From positions 40,488,001-40,552,000 of the forward strand of contig NC_087436.1 in the NCBI RefSeq assembly GCF_036321535.1: DNA of 64,000 bases. The letters are read 5' to 3'. A program made the position numbers and the translations under genes. Positions 13,781-26,041 of this stretch are shown here, piece by piece; position 1 is the stretch's first letter; each line of letters begins with the position of its first letter. The DNA is from Camelus dromedarius. Lineage: Eukaryota. The notes beneath the pieces were generated by a model. That model ran no database searches, had not been told where the DNA came from, and saw only the letters and a list, made by a program, of their open reading frames with translations.

Positions 13781-14344
13781 ATAATTCTAAATTTTTACTT
13801 CACATCATTACTCATTGCGTTGTCTTTTCTAAAGTAGAACAGCAAAAGGAAAATGAAAATAAACTATCTCGATAGGAAATTGGGATGTTTCTAATGCATT
13901 TTATGTATGAAATCAGATTGTTTTAAGAGGAAATGCTTTTACTGATATACATGTTGACTCCATATGCGATCGTTAAAAAAGCCCATGTTTTCTAACGCGC
14001 TACCCTCGGTTACTTTCGATTGCATGTTCGATTAATTGAAAACGCGTGATGGTGAGCTTCATACTCCCTAGAGCCACATGCAGAGTCAGAGGTTTTCCAG
14101 AAGCCATCACACTTTGAAAACATTAGAAAATGGAAGGGGTATAAGAAAAATGAAAGGAAAGTAGAAAGAAAGCACCCAAATTAGGAAATGTATTCAGCCT
14201 CCAGGGACAGGGCACAACAGGTGCGTCATACAGCCATTCAGCATTGCTTCTGCTCTGCCTAACTCAGTTGATCTTCCTGACTATAGGGATTCTGAGTCTC
14301 CCCAGCTCATTTCCTTCATGTCCTTTGTGGGGTTTTGTGTAGAT

Positions 14345-14539
14345 GGGGCAATTTGGTGCAGTTCTTAAGATCACAGACACTCAAATCCATCTGCCCAGGT
14401 GTGCATCTTGGGTTTGACTATTTACTAGCTGTGTTTTCTTGGACAGCTTGTTTATTCTCTGTGCCTCAATTTATTCATCTATGAAATGGGGAAAATAACA
14501 ATACAGAATTATTGTGATTGTTGTGAGTGTTAAATATGA
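14345..14539 (+). mobile_element. MIR SINE, interrupted by an LTR and resuming near 14828-14850
   Basis: atttactagctgtg...ctctgtgcctcaatttattcatctatgaaatggggaaaataa is the MIR core. Confidence 0.85.
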
Positions 14540-14827
14540 TGTCAGCCGAGGGAGGCTGAAGAGGGATTCCAGGAGGTGAGCTGCCCAACTGGACGAAGGC
14601 GCGAGGAGCTGGCATGGAGTGAAACAGCACTTTATTGCAGCACAAGCGGGTGGCGTGGGCGCTTCAGGTGTACCTACTTGTCCTTTTAGAATGCTAGTGG
14701 CGCATGCGTATTGTTCATAATGCTGACTCACGCTACTAGCGCATGCATACATTTCCTTCTTAACACATGCAAGTTATTGTGAACTTTGACCTGGGTCCCA
14801 CGGCCTACTCACTTAAGGCTGCTGACA
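14540..14827 (-). mobile_element. Young compact solo LTR (288 bp; 5-bp TSD suggests ERVL class)
   Basis: TG...CA ends, 7-bp terminal inverted repeat tgtcagc/gctgaca, perfect TSD tatga (14535-14539 and 14828-14832), AATAAA on the minus strand, CpGs retained. Confidence 0.92.
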
Positions 14828-15789
14828 TATGATAACCCTGTAAAGTTATGAGTATAATGAGAACTCAGTAATTACTTTGTATTTATCATAACAAACCTAA
14901 AGCAATCAGTTAAGTTATTATAGTAATTCAAGAGGTATTTTCTCTATTTCTCTTTAAGGATTATGGGAACATTATGTAACACACCCCTGTTACATACAAA
15001 CAGATTTTGAAATCTATTTCAGAACCATAACTTAAAATTGCATTGAAGTCCAACAATACACATTCACACTCATATATACATATTATACCATGAAAATAAT
15101 GTAATTATTTAACATTAAATTTATTTTAGTATTTATAATTATAAACAATAGAAAAAGAGTTAAGTGATGAGGCACAGATATCTAAAATATTGAGGTGATT
15201 TTTATTTGAATGAGATAGTATATTATTATTAGCATAGTTCTAGAACATATATGCATTCTTATTAAATTCATTACATAAATGAAAATTCACCAAAAGGCAG
15301 TTTCATAGAAACTTTATACATGAAAGTTAAGTTCCAAATTTTTGTGCTTCATAAATCATAAAATTTTCCTGAAGATAAGAACATTTTTTAAATAGACAGT
15401 GAGCATGCAACTTAAAATCTATATACATTTGTATATAATCAAACTGTAATATAAATCATATTACCACAATTCTTAAATGTTGACAAAAAGCGAGTATAAA
15501 TTAAAAATCATGACAGTACAGGAAGTTTCATTATATAATGTGTAAATGTATGTATAAATGACTCATTAACACTTAAAAGGAATTAATAAATTCCAGAAGT
15601 TAGCTTTGTGCATTCTTTGAAAACAAAATAAAACTTAAAATTTTAATGTTATAAAAGCTGAAAGGAATTGCTTTTAAATAATACATCTAATAGGGAGCTA
15701 ATAAGCTGGAGGATGTGATGTTTAATGAGTCAGTATTTAAAAGTAATAATAAGTGGTTTAGTTGGAATTCTCCAAATACAGCAAGTCAA

Positions 15790-15871
15790 ATATTTTGAAC
15801 CTAACCTATTTTAGAGAGAAGTTTTTATGAATGTTTTGAACCTAAACTATTTTAGAAAGAAGTTTTATTGA
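15790..15871. repeat. Tandem duplication, 2 x 41 bp
   Basis: atattttgaacctaacctattttagagagaagtttttatga and atgttttgaacctaaactattttagaaagaagttttattga, 36/41 identical. Confidence 0.92.
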
Positions 15872-16619
15872 TTACACAGGAAAGGGGCATTTTAAAATCA
15901 TTTTTACATCCCTGTATTGCCTGAGGCATCAACATCCATTATGTGAGGATTATAAACTTTGTTTTCTACTGAATCCTAAATTGATTCTTGATGTATTGTC
16001 AACAAAGCTCTGGAAGATCAATCAAAACTACCAAGTCATATTAAAATTAACTTATTTATATTTAATTGTTCATATCGCGGCTCTCTGTGATGTTACTGTT
16101 CATAAATCTAAAGTACTTTCAGGTAACGATTGCATTTTAGTACATGTTGCAAGAATCTTCCCCACAAGGCTAATGATATGTTCTATCCTTTATATTTTTT
16201 TTCTTACAACTTCCTTCCCCAAATACCAAGTTTACCAATCCCTTGAAATGTGTATTCTATTCTTCCTATGATCTTATTAGTTAAAAAAATTTAAAAAGAA
16301 ATAATTATAATTGACAATTAAACAGATTGAGTATACAAGTGCACACAATTCATATTTTATGTAGGTATATCTTTGCAAAATCTTGATTAGTTTAACTAGT
16401 TGAAGGTACACATAGGAATTACATTTAGTGTATTTGAATGAAACAGACATTTAAAAGTATAGTTCCTTATTTGGTATAGTGCATAAACAAATGAAATATG
16501 TTATAAATATTTAACTATTATAATTTGAAAAATTCTAAACCTATTCCCTCATACTATGTCAGAGAATAATCTATGAGAAAGGGAGAATAAGAACAGATGA
16601 ACATGAATAAAAGGCTAAT

Positions 16620-16775
16620 CTTTGAATAACGTGGTTTTGGAATCAGAAGACCTGGATCCAAAATCATGATTCCTCACTAACTAGTCACAGTTTTTAATTT
16701 CTTAACTTCTGTTGGCTCCTCAATTTCTACATTTCTAAAAAGATATGAGTGAATAGAACCACTATGCCTTATAGA
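16620..16775 (+). mobile_element. MIR fragment
   Basis: ggttttggaatcagaagacctggatcc...cctcaatttctacatttctaaaa. Confidence 0.6.
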
Positions 16776-16784
16776 AACTTTCAA

Positions 16785-17053
16785 TCCCAATATAATAATT
16801 TTTGACAGTGTTCTGTAAATGTTGGAGATTTTCATACGTGTGTGTATAAAAAGTGTTGTTGATTCTCAGGATATATACATAAATATATATACTTTTTGAT
16901 TTGGATACAATGACTCCAGCCGTCTATAGATTTTAGTCATATGACTAAATGCAGTTGATGGCTGCGGTGCTCCCAGCATCCATCTACAGCTCTTTCTGGA
17001 AAAAAAAAGCAACCATGCATAACCCATTCTCAAGAAATAGGGGTTTAATGCTG
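16785..17053 (+). mobile_element. Probable ancient non-autonomous Helitron (Helitron*Na_Mam-like)
   Basis: 5' a|tcccaatataataa; subterminal hairpin aacccattct..aataggggtt (17021-17045) followed by taatgctg|t (degenerate CTAG); internal 48-bp palindrome 16917-16964; no TSD. Confidence 0.6.
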
Positions 17054-18586
17054 TTAATTTTATTTTGAAATTCATTTTTCTTACCCCCAGTGACTGGATC
17101 AGGATAGCCTGGTGCAATGAAAGTGTAGCCCAAGACATTTGTAAGACTCTTTTGCTGGGTTTCTATGGGGCAGGAATGGCCCTAGTGTTACTGAAATCCA
17201 TCTTTGTAGCACAAAAGGGGTAAACAGAATAGACTCTGAGGCTTGTCTGAATCCAACATTCCTAAAAGCCACATCTTCCCATAAAATGTTCAGCTAGTTT
17301 TCCAGTAGCATACTTCTATTTGATGTAAGTCAAGAAGGAAATTGAACCTAAATGGAAAAATTGAAATGCACAAATGAATACCGTGCAGGGAAAAAGAAAA
17401 TTTGGAAGGAAAAACATGTGAGTAAATCTAAATAAGTTATAACTATAAAATAAAACAATAATAGCTGATTTGAGGTTGGCTAAATGGTAAATGATTCTAT
17501 AATTCTGGTCCGATTTGAGCAGGATAAAAATAATGAGTAGCTTGAGAATTCATTAGAAAAAGAAAACTGAAACTAAGAATGCATGTTGTAAATTTACAAT
17601 AACCACTAAAAATAGATTTAGAATATATCTGATTCAAATTGATAGAAGAAAAAATTGGCAATAATGTAAAGTGTGTTCAATACAACAGAAGACTCTAATT
17701 CAGAACGGCATCATAAATTCACACTTTGAACCCTATGACGTAAATGATGCTTATAAAACATTGCAATAATAAATAAACGTTAAATGTCAACATTGAAGAA
17801 AAGACAATATCCGTACTCTAACACAAAATAAATACACTGTGAAAGATATGCCAAAGAAGGACAAGAATTGTGGTCAGGAAGTGTTATCTAGAAACCAGAC
17901 TGATGGTAACATGGACTAATTTTCCGTATGAAATGGGGGATCACAGCTAAGATCACTGTTTGCACCTGGGGCCATGGGTTGCCTTTCTCATCACTCTTGC
18001 TAGATGATCTAACAGAACTGTTGCCAGTGATAACGTGCAGTTTCAGAAATATGAAGCCAGGGACCTATAAAAGCCGGAGAAAATAACACAGCTCATTGCA
18101 TCAGGAACTGAGCCTACTGCTCAACTGTCCAGTTTCTACATATGTAGTACTTATACTGTCTCTAATGAGCAAGAAGCTAGAACCACATTATAAAATCTAG
18201 TCTTAGTTGGTAATAATAGATGGGGAGGGCCAATAACAAGATTATAAGACATCAAAAAGCAAAGATAGAAAAAGAAATTTAAACATCCAAGAATATATTA
18301 AAATATATCAACTTGTATTCAAAGGATCAAATTGTCTCATAATATATGAAGTATACACACATACCTGCACATAGAAATACTTCTAAATGTAACTTTTAAA
18401 AGTAACAGAATGATCAAGTTTGCAAATATGGAGAGTTTAATTTGCCTTTGAAACAAATCTAACATGTAATATAATTATAAATATATAAGCTATTGCTCTG
18501 ATGATTTTTTTGGCATGTCAATTTGATCGAAGTCCAAGAAATCTTTCTAGTATGTTTCAGGTTAGAGACCTACAAGAACTAGCCTC

Positions 18587-19730
18587 TTACTTCACTTACT
18601 ATGATAGTCTCTAGGTCCATCCATGTTACTGCAAATGATATTATTTAATTGTTTGTTATGGCTGAGTGGTATTTCATTGTATATATACACACTACAACTT
18701 CTTTATCCAGTCATCTGTCAGCAGACGTTTAAGTTGCTTCCATGTCTTACCTATAGTAAATAGTGCTGCTATGAACATTAGAGTGCATGTATCTTTTCAA
18801 ATTAGAGTTTCCTCTGGATATATGCCCAGGAGTGGGATTTCTGGATCACATGATAAGACTATTTTTAGTTTTTTAAGTAATCTCTATACTATTTTCCATA
18901 GTGGCTATACCAAACTACATTTCCAACAACAGTGTTGGAGGGTTCTCTTTTCTTCACATTCTCAGCAGCATTTGTTATCTCCTGTATACTTGATAATAGC
19001 CATTCTAATAAGTATAAAATAATATCTCATTGTGGTTTTGATTTACATTTCCCTGATGATTACTGATGTTGAGCACCTTTTCATAGACTTGATGGCCGCT
19101 TGTACATCTTATTTGGAAAATTAACTATTTAGGTCCTTTGACCATTTTTTAAATTGAGTTATTCGATTTTTTCCTATTGAGTTGTATGAGTTTCTTGTAT
19201 ATGTTGGCTATTAACCCCTTATGAGATTTGTAGTTTGCAAATATTTTCTCCCATCCCTCAAGTTACCTTTTCATTTCCTTGATGGTTTCCTTTGCTGTGC
19301 AGAAGCTTTTTAGTGTGATGTAGTCCTACGTATTTATTTTGCTTTTATTGCCTTTGGTTTTGGTGTCAAATCCAAAAAAATGTTGCCAAGACCAATCTCA
19401 GGGAGCTTATCCTCTATGTTCTCTCTTAGGAATTTTAGTTTCAGGGATTACATTCAAGTTTTTAATCAATTTGGAGTTTATTTTTGTGTATGGTGTGGGG
19501 TAGGGGTCTAGTTTAATTTTTTTACTTCTGTCTGTCTTCCCATCATCATTTACTGAAGAGACTATTCTTCTCTCATTGTATATTCTTGACTTCTTTATTG
19601 AAAATTAATTAACCATATATGCATGGGTTTGTTTTTACGGGCTCTATTTGGTTTCATTGATCTATGTATCTGTTTTGATCAGGAAGTGTGATGCCTCCAG
19701 CTTCATTTTCTTTCTCAGGAATGAGTTGGG
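18587..19730 (-). mobile_element. L1 ORF2 C-terminal fragment
   Basis: Canonical antisense L1 text: gtaaatagtgctgctatgaacatt, gatgttgagcacc, tttgctgtgcagaagctttttagt. Confidence 0.95.
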
Positions 19731-19889
19731 TTTTCATTTTAAAATTTATGACTTGGCTTCCTCATCTGTGAAAGGTTAATAATAATGTCTACTTCTGTAA
19801 AATTGACACCTATCTGAGGTTTAATAGACTGAGAAGTACAGATTGTTGTTAGACAATATCTGATTTGCTTGTTGATATGTTTGCTTGCT

Positions 19890-20025
19890 CATTTCTTCAA
19901 TTACTCATTTATGAGATATCTTCTGAAAACTCTCTTGTTTGTCAGTCACTGAAGCAGGTACTTGGGATACAGTAATGAACAAAGAGACAAAAGTCCTTGT
20001 CCTCCTACAGTTTATATCCTGGTGG
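19890..20025 (-). mobile_element. L2 3' end
   Basis: ggtacttgggatacagtaatgaacaaagagacaaaagtccttgtcctc. Confidence 0.7.
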
Positions 20026-22491
20026 CTACGTGATTGTAACAGCAATGTAGGCAATTATTCTAAATGAACTAGAAGAAAGGCAAAAAGAGTAAAACGTTGT
20101 AGACTTAAAGAGTGCTGATACATCATGCAATATATGACAATTTTAGATTTCTAAATTCATTGCAGTTGACATAAAGGTTGAGAGGATGGTCTTTGATTTA
20201 CTTGTTATTTATTTGTTTATGTTCCATTTTCAATTTTCAGTCTATTTTAAACATTATTCTCATTATAAACTGATTTTTTCTTCTTTTGATTAGGTTATTA
20301 TCATCTGTTTTCTGTGCAGTTCGCCATGATTAGTGTCAATGTGCAGAATGATTATTGCTTTAAAGGTTGTTTGACAATCTACGTTGGCCTGAAATTTGTT
20401 TAAACAATTAGACAATGAAGTATCATTTGTGTTTTTCTTCACATTTATCGTATCTTAACCTAAAATGAAAATGTAAGAAAAATAAACTAGCATTTTTAAG
20501 TTCTGATAATCTTCTTAGTGAACCATTGCATTGAAATACTGATAGTAATAATGGGACATAAACATTATTAGCCCTGTATAAAGATAAGAAAATGAAGTCT
20601 CATCAAGTATATGGTGGAAAGAAGATTTGAACATTTCTTTATCTGGTTCTATAGTCTCATTAATTTTCTTCCTCCAAGTTGACAATGGATAGGTTAGTTT
20701 GAGAAAATCAGTATCTTATTTGGATGCATAAACACCAAGGAAAAAGAAGGAAGATAAAGCAAGGAGATAACTGACATGATACTACTACATGTACATGATA
20801 AACTGAGGTTCATATAAATTTAAATCTTACTTTGCAGCAAGTATAGAGCACCTAGGTTGTAAGGATAACATTGATCCTTGATGAAATCTTTGTGTGATTT
20901 CTGGGCTAAGCACATGAAAGTGATTGAGCTGTACCCACCACAAAACAGCCAAACCAACACCAATTCAAAACTTAATGGTTTTTGCTAAAACTTACTTTTA
21001 ACTAATGCTTTATTTAATAAATGATTATACAAATTCTAGTCTCATTGACCCACTGGAATTATAGTGTAGGCATGCTCATAAGGCTTTTCATTGCTCTCTT
21101 GTCCACAGACCCGTGGACTGAAGCTCCTAAATATTTTTCAAGGAACGGCTTCATCAATCATTTTGACAGCCATTGGGATAGATGGGAGACCCATAAAAGG
21201 TTGCATTATGGATGAAAAAAAAAAAACAATGCAGTAGAAAAGTGTTATAAAAAAAAAAGGAAAGTGTTACAGATGGAAACTTTTCATCATCCTATATATG
21301 ACCTATTCGAATTTTCATTCCTTAGCAAAAAGAGGATAATGAGATCAGCAAGTGCAATGACCAGTGAGGACTGAAAATGTAATGATATTTCTAACTTTTT
21401 AAAACCTATAAATATGTCTTTCTGAAACATGCCTTTCACAATACTTTATTGCTTATTATGATTTGGATGTTTATATAATTTATTTCTTAAATTGTTCTAA
21501 AAGAGTCATTGATGATTCATTCAAAACATACTTTTAATAATGATTTCAACAAAGAAAGCAAGACAGTGAAGAAACTTATTTAATGGTAATTAATGAAGAC
21601 AAATACCTTTTTTAAGTGCTAAATTCATGTATCCCTGATAGTCCCATAGAAAATAGACTTGGTACTTATTTACAAAAGAATCACAATCTCCTTACTTTCT
21701 AGGCTCACAGTCACTGCCTAGGGCATTATCTAGTCATAGAGTCAGTTCACTTACTCTCATTATGTCTTCCCAAGCTTTGAACCCCACCTCCACAACAAAT
21801 ATTGGTCTGCAAAAGGGCTGCCCAAGTAATTAAGTGATCTGAGAACAATCTTATACAAATTGGATGGTCAGAGTTGTCAACCTGAAAAGGTAGACTTGCG
21901 GAATCCTCAGAAATGCCCTCCACATCTGTCCTTTTCCTACTCCTCACCATGAACACATGTTATGACTTATATTTCTATAGTCCTTTTTTCCTAAGAGATC
22001 ATTTGTAACGATTCTTTGTGCATATATAAGAACAAGAATAATGTTGGTTTACAACAGCTCTTTAACAAATACTCAGTGAAACATCAGGCTCAGAGTTAAA
22101 AAGCAAAAACTATGAGCATGAGAAGGGCAAATCATACATGTATGTTAAAAATATGTTGTAGTAAAAAATACAGAAATATTATTCAAAATGCGTGCTGAGA
22201 TATGATTAGTATCTTTAATTTCTGGACTAAATAGAATCCACCTCTAGAAACCTCTTCACACAGAAAGTCCTATCTTGGTTCAAAACTGAGGCTTCTCAAC
22301 TTAAAAATGTAACATTTATGTAAAGATTTGAATAATTGTAAAGCATTTTCATACCTCCACCTCTATAATTAAGAAAGCTGAGAAAAACTTTTACTGATGT
22401 AAGTGATAGACATAATAATTAGTTTTCCTTCTTATCTGTAAGGTGGATTAAAATACTCTAGAATATAAATAGCAAACTAATCTTTTACACA

Positions 22492-22780
22492 TGTTCACTA
22501 AAATAAACAGAACGTCAGTTATTTCTCCAACAAAATGGGAATGTATGGGATCAGTAAATAATTGCAATTCAGAGTCTGCAACCATGGAAAGCCATAGGCA
22601 AGTCCCTAGCAAAAATGAAGAAAAGAACTCTTTCATAGGAGGGAAAAAAGGAAGTTGGGTAAGCTATAGTAAACAAAGAGTCCATGGCTTTTCATCTGCT
22701 AAATTGTGACAATCTTCTCATTGGCTGAGTCCTTGCCAGGAATTCTCCAGTCTTGTAGCAATCTGACTGTAAACAAAATA
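22492..22780 (-). mobile_element. ERV1-type LTR fragment (cetartiodactyl-like)
   Basis: Starts tgtt; gggatcagtaaataattgcaattcagagtctgcaaccatgg...ctcattggctgagtccttgccagg. Right end not defined. Confidence 0.6.
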
Positions 22781-24299
22781 TGTGCACTTACGTTCACCTC
22801 CACTCACTGTCAGATCTACAGGGCACAGGATATGTCAGTATCCAAACCACCTATAAAATAAGCAGATGGTTTATTTTTCCAGTTTCTGTTAAATATCCAA
22901 ATTACACATAATCAAAAGGTAAATGTAGAGCCAAAAATAATTTATTACAAATGCCACAAAAGTTATCTTTCTTTAGGACTTAACTGCTTTACTTTTTAAA
23001 CAAAAATATATTAAATTTGAAGAAAGACATATACATTTATTTTTGAATTCCAGATTTTCAATTTATATAATTAAATTTGCATTATAGTTACTCTCATCAC
23101 ACAGGCAGGATAGCATAAAATAATCCTGAAAATATTTGCTAATGCTTTAAATATTTTGAGTTATATTCTAGACTCTAGAAGTAAAAGATTGATTTTAACA
23201 AGGAAAATTTTTATGCGGGACTTTAAACGCACTGGAGACTTTAAAAATGCATCCTCAGAAAGCAATTCAGAAACCCAAGAAAGAAAATAATTTTAGCCCC
23301 CAGAGAGGGGGCCAGGTATAACATTTCTTGTCTGTATCTAGGCAGTTCCCTTAACACCCTGGAAAACGTGAGCTTCTACAGAGACCAGGGGTATGGTACT
23401 ATTTCTTTGACATCAGCCTTTCTGCTTGAGAGATACCTTTTGTAATTTAAGGCTTGAATGTGCCTAAACCACAACATATTAACTCAGGTAATATCAAGAA
23501 TGTATTTTTAATTAATTAAAATGTATAGTAAAGTCACTAAATATCATAAATCCATGAAAGATACAGAAAATAATTTAACATCACAAAGTTCAACCAGTCC
23601 AAAATTAAGGCAAGCTACGTCCCAGAAAATATGTAGGTACACATGACTCAATTGGGCAAGGGGCTTGCCCGGAAGGTGAAATATGGTGGCCGTGGTGGAT
23701 GAGGTAAAGAGGAAAGGCTGATAGCCAGTCAGTGAGATACCTGCAGAGATATAAGTGCAAGCAGATGGTACTCCCAATGATACAGACATTATGATGATCA
23801 TAATCATCCCAATGAACTTGGGGAACAAGTAATTTAATAACTCACCCAAGGTCACACAGCTAGTGAGTGACCTGGAGCTGGAATAGGATCAAATAGACAC
23901 TCTAACTCCAGACCTCACGCTATCAGCAGCCAGACCTTGTGGCAGATGTTTAATGTCATTTATCAAGGATATCCCTCCTCATTTTTTCCCTTACCAGCTG
24001 AAGAAGAAAAAAATAATGCACATTCTGTATTCTCTTTCCTCTGAGTCTTCCTTTTTTTTAACCCAATAGAGCAAAAACTATTTAGGCTTTACTAACAAAA
24101 GTTATGTATTAAATATGACACTCTGAATCTTTTAATATTGATTTTCTTATAGGTAAAAATATAATTTACCTAGAAGCAATAATTTTAGAGACATCTTTTC
24201 TCTCATAAGGAGAATTAAAATCTAACACAAGAAAGTAATCAGTAATTGAAATTTTTCTCAACAGAGAGTAATAGTAGAAAATAAAAGACAATGGTGATG

Positions 24300-24700
24300 A
24301 TTCATGATATAAAAAGCTTGAAAGTCCTCTCGTCCTTACAACAAGAAAAAGCTGGGCAAACTGAAAATCAACAGCTTTTCTTGGACCCATCAGAGAACTG
24401 TAGTCACAGGCAAACCATCACTGCCAATCTGGGGAGGGGGCACACCTGGAGATATGCAGCAACTGAGACCTGCTTACCTGGAGCAGAAGCTACTGGGGCC
24501 ATGAACGTGTAGAAACAAATGGCAGTTTTGAAGACTCTCTGGAGACTTGCTGTGGACTAGCATAACAGTGAGGAACTCCTAGGAAGCCATAGTTTCAGTG
24601 AAGCCACAAAGGTTTCTTGGGTTTTCTCTCCAGGAACCCTGCAAGGTTCTCACAATGAGGAGACAATAAAGATTCCCTCATGGCCCTGGCAGGAGTGCAG
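24300..24700 (+). mobile_element. L1 5' UTR relic (L1MD/L1MC-like)
   Basis: gtccttacaacaag..., gagacctgcttacctggagcagaag, ctccaggaac and ctcatggccctggc are collinear with 46400-46735. Confidence 0.7.
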
Positions 24701-24847
24701 TTTTTTCCTAACTTCTGTCTGATTTTTTTTCACTAGTTGTGTAAATCTTATCCTGGTTATACTATCTTATCTGGAACTGAACAGCCCATTGCATTTTAAT
24801 GAGATACTATTTAAAAATAGTTATATCTTCTCATCATAAAGTAAACG

Positions 24848-25205
24848 TTGCAGCTTAGATTGCTTGGAAAGCTGTCTCTGATATGTAGTTTAGTGTAATG
24901 AATGTGTATTATGATTAACACTTTTGAGGAAGGGAAGAAGTAGGATTGGACAAAAAGAGAATTTGATCTGCAATATAATCTCAACTAAAACCTCAGGCAA
25001 CCTCACAAAGAGCTCTCCCTGGTTGGAGGGAGGTGCTAGGTTTTTATACTCATTGAAATCAGGCTACCTCATAGGGTATGTGCTTGGGGTAATAGACTCT
25101 GGTCAATGACAGTCCACGTTTGGTTTGACAGCTGAGTACTAACAGTTTGTATTTTTCCCAAAATAGGGGGATCTGGATGGCACAACAGAGCAATCACTTC
25201 AAAAC
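24848..25205 (-). mobile_element. ERVL LTR16-like LTR
   Basis: gaagggaagaagtaggattggacaaaaagagaa...tctcaactaaaacctcaggcaacctcacaaagagctct. Confidence 0.6.
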
Positions 25206-25490
25206 AGTGGATTATAATTCACTGAGAATTAAATAATGGTCTTTGTTTCCACTGATGATGAATTATTACAATGATGTTATAGACTCAAACTGTAAATAAG
25301 ATGAAAAACTTAATAATTAAAAATTGTTTAAATTCTTTTTTGAAATATATTTCCCAAATCCTGACTATTTAAAATGTTTTGTGGTAAGAATAAATAATTA
25401 ATTTTTTAATTAAAAATTTCCAAACAACTTTCAGCCTAAAACAACTTTTTTTTTAAAATAAAATATCAGCAAGTTTTCAAAACGTGGTAT

Positions 25491-26041
25491 TGTTACAGAA
25501 CTCAGGTTCGACTGCTTGCTGCTCAAAACTGGTAATTCAAGAGGCAATTGTCATTTGAAAAGAAAGGTGCCTTAGTCAGAAAAGCTGGTAATCTGGGGAG
25601 ATGGTGGGCTCCTGTCCCGAGACTAACTCTGAAGATTCTGCTCAGGCATGGCAGTTTTTAAAGGGAAAAATGGAGAGAAGGGGAGAATCTGAGTGAATCA
25701 CTGAGGTAGGAGGTTGGGTTTTGCATCATTCTCCTTTGTGTGCCAACTGGCCGACTCTCTCTTCAGATGTTATCTTGCCCCCATGATCTACCTGTAAGAT
25801 TGCTAAGGGGACTATTGAGGATAGAGAGCTAATTATTCTTTAACTACTTGGTTCTTCATTCTTACTTATTTTAATCTAGGAAAAGAATCAACAGGTTAGG
25901 CAAGGCATGGTGTGCCTTCAGGAGACTGTAAGTCAGGAGTTAGTTCCAATTGTTTACTGATTTCATTCCTGTAATTAGGTTTTTAGGATTAGAGGGGGAC
26001 AGAAATGGGCAAACAAGAAAGAGGCAAACAGGCTGCTTTTA
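25491..26041 (-). mobile_element. ERV1 solo LTR (551 bp)
   Basis: Starts tgttacagaactcaggttcg and ends gctgctttta (CA mutated to TA). 4-bp TSD gtat at 25487-25490 and 26042-26045. Confidence 0.85.

Noticed and set aside
15790..15871. CRISPR-like repeat
   Set aside because: Two abutting copies with no spacer, in mammalian DNA.
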